A DNA stretch of 64,000 bases, taken from NCBI GenBank assembly GCA_951406725.2, contig OX597824.1:64108001-64172000 (forward strand), in the 5' to 3' direction. The DNA is from Octopus vulgaris. Taxonomy: Eukaryota. Numbering within the stretch: position 1 is the stretch's first letter; each line of letters begins with the position of its first letter. Made by a program: the position numbers and the translations under genes. Of the stretch, positions 27,583-41,039 are shown one piece after another. The notes under the pieces were generated by a model. That model saw nothing but the letters and a program-made list of their open reading frames with translations. It was not told the DNA's origin and did not search any database.

Positions 27583-27647
27583 TGACTCTGAAGCTTCTTT
27601 ACTGACTGGTTTCAGAGTGTTTCTGCTAAACCTGTCTGAGGTTTCTT
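27583..27647 (-). CDS. Candidate alternative coding exon
   Basis: tgcag acceptor, TCA|gtaagc donor; phase 1-0: (E)ETSDRFSRNTLKPVSKEASES; needs a phase 0-1 partner exon to keep frame. Confidence 0.35.
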
Positions 27648-27704
27648 CTGCATTTTTAATATTATTTTGGTACATAAAACAAAAGCAACATAAAACAGAA
27701 GTAT

Positions 27705-27767
<63 letters not shown>

Positions 27768-28085
27768 TAACTAAATTTGACTGAAATTGATGGGTGAGTG
27801 TTTGACCAATTGGATGTGCAAGGAGGCCTGTAAGCATTCATTTGTGGGTTCGACTCTTCCTGAGGTTAGCTCATTATTTTTCTGTCATTTGTTTGTATTT
27901 AAAAATTGTTGCTTCAAATTGGAGGATAACTATTATTATGATGTATTATTATACAGTTTATATATATATATATATATCACCGTGACCGACCAGGCTATCA
28001 GATGTTGCTACACATCGCTGGTCACAATGTGCTTCGCATTGTCTTAGCCTTCAAATGATGCCACCCTGCTGGCTAAGTGAGCAAG

Positions 28086-28140
<55 letters not shown>

Positions 28141-28351
28141 GAAAAAGCTAAGGGCAATCGCACATGTAACCAACCATGAAGAACAATTCAACAGTACAAA
28201 GAAATAAAATGCCAATCTCTTTAAATCAGTAGCCACATTAACAGTAGCAGAATCACCATCCTACTATATCTATGCATTCAAAGCAATTTGCCAACAGTCC
28301 TTCAGCAACAACACACCTTGATAAACTCAGTGGCCACTACTAAATTCAGGC

Positions 28352-28415
<64 letters not shown>

Positions 28416-28704
28416 GACATATATATATTACAAACTGAAATGAAAGTTAACATAACAGTACATATGTATTTCGAACTGACTGTCCTGACTCTACCATGTT
28501 GCAATTGGTTTAATTTTGACACAGAATCTCAGATCAAATTCCTCACCAAACAAGTACAACTTCACAAACCAACATGGATTATTTAAATGTAAAACTAAAA
28601 TATCAGGTAAAACTCCTTAGAAGTGACAAAAACTACCCAAAGAGCTTATGTGTCAAATTTCCTCATAATCGGTCATCTGATTCAACATAATAAAATAGTC
28701 TTAC

Positions 28705-28794
28705 CATGCGTTACCACATGGATATGTTCACAGAACAGTGCTCTTGCAAATCAGACAAGGAAATGGACCACATTGTATCCTTTCTGCTCTGGAG
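28705..28794 (-). other. Candidate cassette/poison exon, 90 nt, one in-frame TGA
   Basis: Very strong acceptor (tttttttttttaattctttttgtgtctcag) and donor (ATG|gtaaga). In the gene's phase 1: APEQKGYNVVHFLV*FARALFCEHIHVVTH. Confidence 0.45.
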
Positions 28795-28999
28795 CTGAGA
28801 CACAAAAAGAATTAAAAAAAAAAAGACTAAGGTGAGTTGAAAATCATCCTAGTTTCCTAACCATATGGCTTCAGGTTCAGTTCCACCACATGTAGCCTGA
28901 ACAAGTGTTTTCTATTTGGCCTCAGACTCTAACAGGGAATAGATATAAAGGGCAGAGACTATAAGGAGCCCATTGTAAAAAATACATATATACATAGTT

Positions 29000-29340
29000 A
29001 ACTGGTCTGTAGAGGAAATCTATTCTATAGATGTTAAAACCCACAAGATGCTGACATCAACTGGAAATCTCCACAGAAATAGTGATATCAACAAGTTCTA
29101 CTTAAGAAGAGATGAAGGAGATAGAGGTTTGAAATCAGTGCAGACAGCCTTAAAATGTCATACAGTTTACAGTCTCTTTCAGACAGCACTTGCTAAACAA
29201 AAGCAGAAAATATAAATATATTAACTTGGTGCTGAAATGTGAAGAGAACAATATCCATCACAAAGGCAGACTAACAGACCTCAAAGTAGACCTGGATGTG
29301 AAATGCTCAGTGTACTACAAAGAAAAAGGGATATGCAGCA
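29000..29340 (+). mobile_element. R4/RLE-type LINE fragment
   Basis: IDVKTHKMLT..LHRNSDINKFYLRR.EG.RGL resembles the DxKTRKxLT..HPxSDxxRLYLxRxxGGRGL motif. Confidence 0.65.
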
Positions 29341-29430
29341 GCACGTTTCCCAGAGACTTGAAGACAGTAATATCGACATGAAGCATAACTTCTCTTAGAG
29401 CATGGAAAAGTGGATGTCAAATGATGATGG

Positions 29431-29474
<44 letters not shown>

Positions 29475-30399
29475 AAGCATAAGTCAGAAGTATAGTACCC
29501 TCATTTAACCCCATTTCTTAATTTATCTATGTCATACAAAAACATTTCACTAAACTCTGGAACTTCTACCTTTATAAGTAGGCTGTAACATCCTTGGCAC
29601 TTATGTGAATGTTTGCTACTCTGGTAACTATTTATATATTTTTTCTGTTACTTGTACATATTGAAAAAATACACATACATTTATATATACATATATATAT
29701 GCATGTGTATGTATAAATTTGTGTGCATAAGTGTGTGTATGGGTATGTTTCTGTGTGTGCACATGCACTCACAAAAGATACAGAAAGGGAGAGCAAGGGA
29801 CTGTTGGAAATAGAGAGACAGACTAGAGAGGGAGAGGGAGATAAAGAAAGAGACAGTATAAAAGAATAGCAAAGAAAAACTTAGAGTAACAAAAGACAGC
29901 AGACAGGGTAGCAAAACATATGTAGAAAGAGATAAAGGAGGACAAAAAAAAAAGAAACTGATAAAGAATGAGAGAGCAGGTTACCATAATATAAATTAAT
30001 GGCAACAAAGATAGAAAAGGAGGGAAAATGAGAGAGAGAGAGGGCAAGATAACAGAATGATGGGAGAAAGGGAAGGGAGTGTGTGGGAGAAAAGACATGT
30101 AATCTGGGTTAATACCTCATAATAATAACAATAATAATGATGATGATGAAGATGATAAAAATAATAATAGTCATAACGATGATGACAATAACAATGGAAT
30201 TCAGTGCAATCTTAATAAAGAGATTAATTCCTACCTGATATTTCACATGCAGAGTACAGGTGACAACAGACAGATGGGTAAGTATTGTAAGTACATAAGG
30301 CAATATATATGTCAGTTTTACCCCTTTTTACTTGTTTCAGTCATTAGACTGCGACCATGCTGGTGAAACCACCTTGGATATGATCAGAAAGATAGGGTT

Positions 30400-31060
30400 T
30401 GAGTATACAGGGGTGCTAGAAAGAAGTTAGATAATATTATATGTAATGAAACCAGAGGTACCTGCCTTAGATCTTGAAGCAAAGACTGGAATAGAATACA
30501 AAGAGCTTGTGACAAAGCAAACTGGGTGAACACGAGGTATAAAACTGACAAATATCAAGGAGTGATGTTTGTAGAGGCGACAGCCTATGGAGAACTAGCC
30601 TGTAGATTTAGGAAAGCTCTGAAGGAGACTAAACTCAACATTAAGACTGTTGAAAAGGCAGGGAACTCCATCAGATCACAACTATGTAGGACATACCTCT
30701 TTGAGAATACCATATGCACCAATGATAACTGCGTGGTAAGTAGGATTAGCCCTGGCATTAACTGTAGCACTAGCAGAAGATGGATAGAAGGTGCTTGTAA
30801 AGACATGAACATGACATACATAGAGGAGACATCTAGGAGTATTGCAGAATGACTAAATGAGCATCTGAGACAATATGACGACAAAAAAACAGTCCTCCAT
30901 ACTCTGCCAACATGCCAAGGACCAAAATGGAGGCAACCTGGGTCAACTTGACTTCCGCATTTTATCCAAGCACCCAAGGGATCCAACCCTCAGACAAATA
31001 CAGGAGTACGTCCTCATAAATGAAACATCCCCAGTGCTAAATAGGAAATATACGTAGTAG
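30400..31060 (+). mobile_element. Penelope-like element C-terminal linker + GIY-YIG endonuclease, pseudogenised
   Basis: VMFVEATAYGELA..KTVEKAGNSIRSQLCR..C..C..C..CKDMNMTYIEETSRSIAE*LNEH, then after a frameshift HAKDQ..FRILSKH..LRQIQEYVLINETSPVLNRK, typical of PLE GIY-YIG ends. Confidence 0.8.
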
Positions 31061-32065
31061 GTAATCATACCACCATACCCACAGTTTATATTCATATACA
31101 GGTAGAATAGTTAGTGGGCTGTTATGTAGATGTATGTGGATGTGTGTGTGTATATGTATATGCACATGTATGTAGGCAAAAGGATGTGAAAGTAAACAGA
31201 TAGACATATATAATATGAACAGACAAGCACACATACGCAAATGAAGACTAAAACACATGACCGTATACACACACATTCACACAAGGATACATATGGAGAC
31301 ACACACATCCACACATATGGGGATATACATCCATACATAGACACAGTACATAGTCACAAGATCCCATACACACACAGACACACTCAGACATGTACACAGA
31401 CACATGCAAACAAACACACACACATAAAAACACAAAATGACAAACACATAAACACATGAATATGCAGAATACATGCATAAAAACGTACACACATACATAT
31501 ATACACACACACACACATACATGCATGCATACACACTTATATGCATGCATAAATACATACATACATGTGTATGCACATACAGTGACCCCCACACGTGCAC
31601 ACAAACAAACAATAACAATGCAGCTTGGATGATGGGCAGAGTCAACAACTATTGAGAAGGTTGCAAGACACAACGAACATTTTAGAAGAATAAATAAGTA
31701 AATGAGTGGAAACTTTACCAGTGAGTGTGTTAAATTATAAGGCATACTAAAAGAGAATGACTCACCCCCAGACGAAACAGAATATACAATATACATATTA
31801 TCTATAACACATATACAATATATATAGTTCTATATTTAAGAGATGAGGTATTATGTACATTATTTACCTTACTTACATTTGATGGCTATTTATCCTCATC
31901 ATGTTTTCTGTTAACACATTTCAGCTGATATACCCTCTAGCCTTCGGGCGGGGGGGGGGGTGATTTTGGGGTCATGAGGTCTTGGTTATAGCTCTAGTTA
32001 AGATTTTCAAATGCCCAATTCTATCTCACTATTATCATAATATTCTGTCACCAGCAATTTGAGTA

Positions 32066-32105
32066 CTGATGAAGGCTGGAGGGTATATCAGCCGAAACGT
32101 TGTGT
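32066..32105 (+). ncRNA. Minimal hammerhead motif of a PLE-type terminal repeat, 5' helix I strand lost
   Basis: CTGATGA a GGCTG gagggtatat CAGCC GAA AC GT T gtgt; degenerate inverted copy at ~31856-31946. Confidence 0.65.
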
Positions 32106-32213
32106 TAACAACAAACAAGATGAGGACAAGTATCCGTCAAATGTAAATAATGTATATATATCTATATCTTATATATATATATAACACATATACAATATAT
32201 AAAAATATATATA

Positions 32214-32269
<56 letters not shown>

Positions 32270-32479
32270 CATAAACAATATATTCCCCCTCTCACATTCA
32301 TTTATTTAATTTTGTCACAGTTTCGCTGACCAAAAGCTCTTGGTTATAGCTCTAGTTAAGATTTTCAAATGCCCAATACATCTCATTATTATTAATATTC
32401 TCTGACACCAGCAACTTGAGTCCTTGCTGTTTCGCACTGTGCCTGCCCTCCCGCCCCTACCACCTGTACTGGAAATCTC

Positions 32480-33015
32480 TATCCTCTGACCTCTACCGGA
32501 TGTCTCCCATGAACACTTCTAAAGGCTTATGCCCCACCAACCCATCCCTACTTAGGGTATAAGATTTATACATAGGTATAAGATATTCTGGGCAGAGAAC
32601 ACTGATGTGGGCATGGGTATACTTCTTGCAGAGATATAGGTTGATAAGGTAATCGAGATAGTCCGAGTCTGTGATAGAATACTTAAGATTAGATTACTGC
32701 TGCATCATGGGTTAGCAACCATCATCTTGGCCTATGCCCCCAGCCAGGGCTACCTGATGGACAGAAAGACCGATTTTATGGCACCCTCTTGCAGACTACC
32801 TCGTCAATAAATGACAGGGACCTTCTCTTTGAGGCTGGTGACTTCAATGGGCATGATGGACAACATGCAGGGGGATTCCAAGGTGTACATGGAGCCTATG
32901 GTTTCGGTTCCCACAATGAGGAAGGAACCAGGCTGCAGGAATTTTGTGATGCAAATGATCTTATGGTTTGTAACACTATCTTCAGGAAACCTGCCAGTCA
33001 CCTATTCATCTACCG
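32480..33015 (+). mobile_element. RTE-clade LINE APE endonuclease fragment
   Basis: GILLAE..VCDRILKIRL..AYAP..AGDFNGH.G..GVHG.YGFG..NEEGTRL.EFC..NDL.VCNT.FRK. Confidence 0.85.
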
Positions 33016-33183
33016 TACATATGTATATATATATACATGTATGTACATATGTATATATACATACATGTATGTACATATATATGTATGTATATATATATAC
33101 ATACATACATATATATATACATACATATATATATATGTACATGTGTATACATATACATATATACATGTATGATGATGATGATG

Positions 33184-33227
<44 letters not shown>

Positions 33228-33294
33228 CTATATACATGTATATACATATATACACATGTATATACACATATATATACATCTATATATACACACA

Positions 33295-33351
<57 letters not shown>

Positions 33352-34033
33352 CCAATAGTACATCCAGGACCACATTACTGTATACGTCCCTTTTTTCTCT
33401 AAGATGGTTGAAGGATATTTGAGGGATATTTCATTGTGAATGCATAGTATAACAATAAATATTCTTTTCAGTTCCTATTTACTTACATATGACACGGCTG
33501 ACAGATGTCAGTACTCTAATTTTATTCACTGTACTCTAATAGACAAGAAAACTAACTGTCCTCAGTATCTACCTTCATTCATTGTACGCCATACAAAACA
33601 CAAGTGACTACCTTCAATACTCTATTATTAGTCATCATACTTTAAGCAAATCATTGTTAACAATTCTCAGTACTCTATCCTTATCACCACTGATTTCAGT
33701 ATATTTCTCTGTACAATAAACATGCATGTTGTTCCTGTATTTATCAACTATAGGGTGATATGGTAAGATTAACAAATGTACAAATAATAAAAAAATGAGT
33801 CACCTCACCTAAACAAGTGAATGACGTAAATATAGAGACTGCAAAATTATTCTTCAGCCTACATTCATTTGTTCTCACCTGTGAGCAAATAAATGTCAAG
33901 TGAGACACACCCTACTACAGGTGTGTATATTACTGCCTTAATTCAAATGTTATAAGTGAATTAACTTTTTATACCTATAAACTTAAGTGCATAAATGTAT
34001 TTTAAGCTAAACTTATTCCAAGAAAATTCATTG

Positions 34034-34083
<50 letters not shown>

Positions 34084-34322
34084 AACAAACATATACACAC
34101 ATATTCCTATATATACACACACACACAAACAAACATATATATATATATATATACACAGACACACACACAGACAAACATATATATATATATATATACACAC
34201 AGACACACACACAGACAAACATATATATATATATATATATATGTGTGTGTTTGTTTGTGTGTGTGTATATATATATATACACACACACAAACAAACATAT
34301 ATATATATATATATATTATATT

Positions 34323-34378
<56 letters not shown>

Positions 34379-34506
34379 AACAAACATATATATATATATA
34401 TATGGAGGTCTTCCGGGTGGTCTTTTCCGCTCGCGTGGGTACCACTGCACGTCAATCGGGCCACTCCATTATGGCGGAGTACAACTCGAGCGATGAGAGG
34501 CTGCTA

Positions 34507-34549
<43 letters not shown>

Positions 34550-34556
34550 TGTTTGT

Positions 34557-34600
<44 letters not shown>

Positions 34601-34610
34601 GACAGAAACA

Positions 34611-34709
<99 letters not shown>

Positions 34710-34946
34710 TAGCAGCCTCTCATCGCTCGAGTTGTACTCCGCCATAATGGAGTGGCCCGATTGACGTGCAGTGGTACCCACGCGAGCGGAAAAGACCACC
34801 CGGAAGACCACCACGACAGTGGAGCTACGATTTTCGGAGTACAATTGGGATCACGTGGATGAGAAAGATGCGATCTGGAGAGGAGTGGACAGCGTGCTGT
34901 GACCAGCGGTGTCAAATGGACACCTGGCGGACTGGTTGGTCAAGTG

Positions 34947-34984
<38 letters not shown>

Positions 34985-35100
34985 ATATAAATGTATATTT
35001 ATGTATGTATGTTTGTATGTACATATGTATATGCATGTATATAATGTGTATATATATAAGTATATATGTGTATATATTTATGTATATATGTATGTGTGTG

Positions 35101-35131
<31 letters not shown>

Positions 35132-35190
35132 GTATATATGTGTATATATATATATATATGTATGGATATGTGTGCGTATAAGTGTGTGTG
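33015..35190. repeat. Large compound (AT)/(AC)/(GT) microsatellite field, with unique sequence at ~33350-34035
   Basis: Alternating purine-pyrimidine runs, including ~90 nt of pure (AT)n at 34614-34707. Confidence 0.85.
34708..34948 (+). mobile_element. Young RTE LINE 3' end
   Basis: [29 protein letters not shown]; CpG-rich; inverted copy at 34407-34508. Confidence 0.8.
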
Positions 35191-35702
35191 TATATCATCA
35201 TCATTGTTTAACATTCGTTTTCCATGCTGGCATGGATAGGACTGGCAAGCCAGGAGGCCACACCAGGCTCCAATCTAATCTGGCAATGTTTCTACAGCTG
35301 GATGCCCTTCTTAATGCCAACCACTCTGAGAGTGTACTGAGTGTTTTTTACGTGTGCAGCAGATGTACAGGGGCATCTTCAACCTACGGGAGCCCATCAG
35401 ACACCACTGGCAGCAACCCATGTGCCACCAGCACAGGAGCCAGTCAGACAGCACTGGCATTGGCCACAACTACAATTTCCATTTGATTTTGATTTTACTT
35501 GACTCAATATGTCACCTCAAGTATGGCATGTTACCCAATGATTCAAAGGTACTTTTTTAATGGGCTGGATATGCAACACTGGTGTTGGCTACAGCTGTAA
35601 TCTCACATTACTTGCCAGATTAGGGGTCAATTTCTTCAGTTAGAAGCTGGTGCTCCAGCATGACCACACTCAAATTACTGAAACATGTAACTGTGTAAAA
35701 GA

Positions 35703-35735
<33 letters not shown>

Positions 35736-35792
35736 AAAAAAAAAGAAGTTTGAAAACGCCACTATATAAGATAAATTTTAATTTTCTTAGAA

Positions 35793-35841
35793 ATTTTACA
35801 TGTTTCGGTTCTTCTTGAAAAGTCAAACCTTATCAAAAATA
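35793..35841 (-). ncRNA. Degenerate hammerhead motif
   Basis: Minus strand: ATTT tTGATaA GGTT tgacttttcaagaag AACC GAA ACATGT A AAAT; two core substitutions. Confidence 0.5.
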
Positions 35842-36518
35842 TTTTTAAAAGTGTAATAAAAAAGTTCATAATTGTTTCTTACTGGTCTCAACAGAATCCA
35901 CGTGGTGGTTCTTTGTGGGGAGTAAGCATAATAGCTGTCTTATGTGTTCGAATAAAATTAAGGAAATGACCTTATATGAACAGGTCGCAGTCTCAAAGTG
36001 ATGAAAATATTTGACAAATTAAATTTAAATGTTGAAGTGAATTTAACGGTTTTGTGTGTTTCTTAAATGGCTTATAATGGCTGATATATGTACACAGAAA
36101 CTGAAAGAAGACTGGTGTATATTTGTGTATGTGTGTGTGGTTTGTGTTTGTACCCTCATCATTGCTTGAAAACTGATGTTGCTGTGTTTACATTCCCATA
36201 ACTTAGCGGTTCTGCAAAACACACTGATAAAATAAGTACTAGGCTGACAAAAAATAAATCCTGTGGTCAATTTGTTCGACCAATGGCGGTGCTGAAGCAT
36301 GGCCACAGTCACACGACTGAAACAAGTAAAACAATAAAAACAACTATGCCATTTTAATCCCAAAGGCCAGGTATCTCTGCTAGTATATATATATATATAT
36401 ATACTATCATGCCCAAATGATGTTTTTTGCATGCCAGTAAGGCAATGTTGGTAACGATCACACTCAAATTGCGCTATATATATATATATACAAATATACA
36501 TTCGGATAGATAAATGTA

Positions 36519-36572
<54 letters not shown>

Positions 36573-36927
36573 TCATCATCATCATCATCATCGTATAACG
36601 TCCGCTTTCCATACTAGCATGGATTGAACGATTTGACTGAGGACTCGCAAACCAGATGGCTGCACCAAGTTCCAATCTGATCTGGCAGAGTTTCTACAGC
36701 TGGATGCTCTTCCTAACAGCAACCACTCTGAGAGTGTAGTGGGTGCTTTTACATGCCACCGGCACGAGTGCCAGTCAGGCGGTACTGGCAACGGCCATGC
36801 TCAAATGATGTTTTTTACAGCAGCACTGGCAACGACCTTGCTCGAATGTTTTTTCACGTGCCACCAGCACAAGCGCCAGTAAAGCAATGCAGGTAACGAT
36901 CACGCTCAAATTGTGCTATATATACAT

Positions 36928-36970
<43 letters not shown>

Positions 36971-37104
36971 AATATACATTCAGATGGATAAATAGATGGA
37001 CGGATGGATAAATGGATGGACAGATGGATGGAGGGACAGAGAGTGGGAGAGAGAGAGAGATAGGAAAACAGCAAGATAGATAGGTAAGGTAGGCATGCAT
37101 ACAT

Positions 37105-37323
37105 ACAAGCGATAGCTGAAAAGTTCCTGGCTTTAAGGGTATCACAAAAGGCCTGGTTGGAGGCCCAAACTTCTGAGTTCTACTACAGGGTTGAGAAAAA
37201 CTGAACAACCATAGCAATAAGTGTGTGAATCTGAGAGAGGAATATGTTGAAGAAAATCATAATTAACTGATGCTCCTCTATTTTCTTTTACTCAAATCCA
37301 GAAACTTTTCAGCACCCTCTTGT
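37105..37323. mobile_element. mariner-type MITE
   Basis: TIRs gctgaaaagttcctgg / ccagaaacttttcagc. Confidence 0.65.
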
Positions 37324-37359
37324 GAGATAAATTCTATTGAAGTAACATGACCTACATTC

Positions 37360-37770
37360 TTGTACCTGTTTTAGTCGTGTGACTGCAGCCATGCAGGATT
37401 ACCACCTTAAGAGGTTTTAGTCAAACAAATTGACCCCAGGACTTATTCTTTGTAAGCCCAGCGCTTATTCTATCAGTCACTTTTGCCAAACCGCTAAGTT
37501 ATGGGGACATGAACACACCAACACCAGTTGTCAAGCAGTAATGGGGGGACAAACATAAACACAAAGACACACCCACACACATTATATATATATATATATA
37601 TATATATATACAACAGGCTTCTTTCAGTTTCCATCTACTAAATCCACTCACAAGGCTTTGGTCAACCTGAGGTTATAGTAGAAGACACTTACCCAAGGTT
37701 CCATGCAGTGGGACTGAACCCAGAACCCTGTGGTTGGGAAGCAAGCTTCTTACCACACAGCCATGCCTAT
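37360..37770 (-). mobile_element. SINE family A
   Basis: Reverse-complement match to 41-507. Confidence 0.85.
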
Positions 37771-40700
37771 AGAGTGTAACCTATCATATGACTGGTATCT
37801 GTAAAAGTATACTTCTACCTCCTTGGGTGGCATACATACAATAATGATTATTCAACTTCTATTAAATTTCTTGGTTCTTGTACAAAAAAAATGAAGTGAA
37901 TATTAATTTTCAACGAAAAAATATTTATCATCTTAAAATAAAATTAAATAAAGCAAAATCCTCTTTTCTATAACTCCTCCAATAAATATTTTGTCATTTA
38001 CTCCTTCTCCTCTGTCTCTATGATTCTTTCTTTCTTATGGTGTGTGTGCATGTAGTGTACCTTTACTTATTGCCTTCCACCAAGCCAAGTATTGGCACTC
38101 ATCCTGAACTTCCAATCATAACTCTCTCTGTATCTCTCTTTCCCTCTCCCTGTCTCTCTATTCAATATAAAGCACAGCTGGAGAAATCAACCAACCAACA
38201 TTATTATATCAGCTGTTATTACACAGAGATATATTATTGATACACCTATGTAGGTAAATAGGAATTAATGTTCTAAACCACCTTAGTACATTACAGTTAG
38301 AATCTTGAAACAGACATGTCTGTCATTTATTGTAACGATACACTAGATAACTAAGAAAATGAAATTCTTCTCTGATGCACTGACATGAGTTCGGGCATAA
38401 TTCTATGACCATTAACATAAACCAACAATGGATTATGCTAAGTGTAATAGTGAGGAGTTTTAGTTCCTATGGAGGTGAAATTCAATCAAGACACAAACAA
38501 GATTTAAATTTGTTGTCACTAAAGTAGTTGTTGGCAATGAAGTGTGTATTTCGTTATGTGTTGTTAGTTCTTCTCTTTCACTTTCCCATATTTCACATAT
38601 ATATAATTTTTTTTATGATATAAAAATTCAACAACCTAGTCTGTTTTGGTTCAGTTGTCAAAACACCCACTATGATCAATTTCAATTTCATATCCTTGTC
38701 TTGATGTGTCTCTCATTGTCTATCTCTGTTTATAGAAATATATACCTCTAAGCAAGAGACAAACAGACATAGAGAAGAGTTAAATAGTGAAAGAGGACTA
38801 AAAACCAAAAGTTTGACATAACACAAATGTACTGCTGCCATCATCACTATTACTTTCCTCCCTCCCTCTCTATTAAGATATATATATATATCTTGATGTA
38901 GGGCTATCATTCTCTTTCTCTATCTTTCTTTATTGTGCTATTCCCGAGGGAGGATGAAAGGTTAATACAATACACACACACCATCAAACAAGTGAAAATG
39001 CATAAAAGTAATTTCAATATTGTCTGTATATCTTTATTCATACATTCCATTGATAATGAGGTTTTCTTTATTAACACAATATATACTCCTGTAAATACAT
39101 GTGAGAAACATACATAATGTAGATGTATATCAATATATTTATATGTACAAACACACTCCCACATTATGAGTACAACTGATTAAACATACAAATACATATT
39201 CATCAGGAATAATCTCACACCCAAAATACAGAGACTGAACATACATCTTTCTCTCTTTCTCCATCCTCCCCCATGCTATAAACTGTTATATAATAAGCTT
39301 CCCTTAGGAGCTAATGAAAGAGACTATGTAACTACTAGTAACAACAGCTAAATCTTCTTTATATCACACCCTATCATCTTAAAAAAAATGAAAGATATAC
39401 TAGATAACATAGTACAGGATACACTAATTAAGGAGACACAGGATAGTCACAGTTAAAACACTTTTATAAGTCTGCTTCATCAAGACTGACCAAGAGTTAA
39501 AAACAGTGAAAATGTATTCAATGAACACATCACAAAACCATATTCTTACTTCCAATTTACATACATTCATATACTTAACAAAAAATACAATACTTGTATA
39601 CCTGAAGCAAGTCTACTTTGCCCATAAGGTTCCGAGTACAGTCTTACCATACAGTATCTTAGGCAAGTGTCTTATATTTTACTATAACCTCAGATTAGCA
39701 CAAGCCTTATGAGTGAAACTGGGTGGGAACTATATTAAAATGATTTGTTGGTGTTGTGTATGATGTCTTCTTGCAGAATTGTAGAATTGATAATGTTGTA
39801 CAAAATCCAACATAGTATTTACTTATGCATTGATAATTTTGTCCAACAATACCAATGCCACCATTCCACTAGGATACATCTAGAATACATCAACAATTCA
39901 TACAACAATTGCTGGTCAATATTATAACACAACAACACACAGTACTTATTGAAAGTTAAGAGAAGTAATTCCTCAAGCATAAAATATATTCTACTGTTTT
40001 AAGTATCTGTAACAATTAAAGAAATGTGTATTATAGATCAGGTGCAGTGTGGTGGATAGTTAAGCAGTTCGCTTGGCCACTATGTGGTTTTGAGTTCAGT
40101 CCCAAGGCATCGCACTTTGATCAAGTGTTTTTTTTACTACAGCCTTAGATTGATCAATATTTCTAAGTGAAATTAGTTTTCAATAATTTGATAAATTTTC
40201 CAGTAATTTCAATAATTTGTAAATTTTCAGAATAAAACTTCAGTATTTATCTCTGTACATTTGTTTTAAATAATAGGCCCGAGACAAAAGATCCATACAT
40301 TGATTAAAATAACATTATTAGAAATATAAGTTACTATAATAATTATGCTTTAGAATTGGCAGAGTATCATATGAGTACATGTTATTATCGTGGAGTCCTA
40401 ACTAGAGCTCAACATTTAAGCAGACTGATTTTTTGTGTTTTTAATGTTTTCCACAATTTTTTCAAATGTTTTAGAAACTTTATCATTACAAATTTTTTTT
40501 AAAATACATTTATATTTGTCAGGCTTTTAGAATAGCTGTCTTACATAAATCACAATTTCTTTTTTTTATTTCTTTTTTCAAGGTTTTGCCACATTTTATA
40601 GTATCCCATATTTCAAAACACTTGCAAAGCAACTTTTTTTTAAACTTTTTATTCCACATATTTTTAAATATCTACCCATACCATCATCATATTTTTAGAA

Positions 40701-41039
40701 CACTAGCCACATCATGTAGTATTCCACATTTTGAAATATTTATAGTCTATATTTTTATAGAAAAAATTTTGAAAAGGCAATCATGACTGCAGTCAAATGA
40801 CTGAAACAATTAAAGGATAAGAAATAAAAGAATGCATAAATCAAAATTTCTCATTCCTTTGTGGGTTTTTGTTTTGTTTTTTTGTAGGATTTTTATGGTA
40901 GATATTAAAACAAAGAGGTTGAAGTATGAAATTTTTCTCTAAAAATGCATATCACAAGTGTTTCAAATTGTGAAATACTATAACATAACCAAATTTAGCT
41001 TACAATTAGTTGTGTCCCCTTTGTCGAACAATAACAGTA

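Noticed and set aside
32811-35486. Long ORFs rich in YI/HT/CV repeats (also at 136-366, 11074-11545, 31037-31796, 45410-46072, 62842-63280)
   Set aside because: Translations of (AT)n/(AC)n microsatellites, which lack stop codons.
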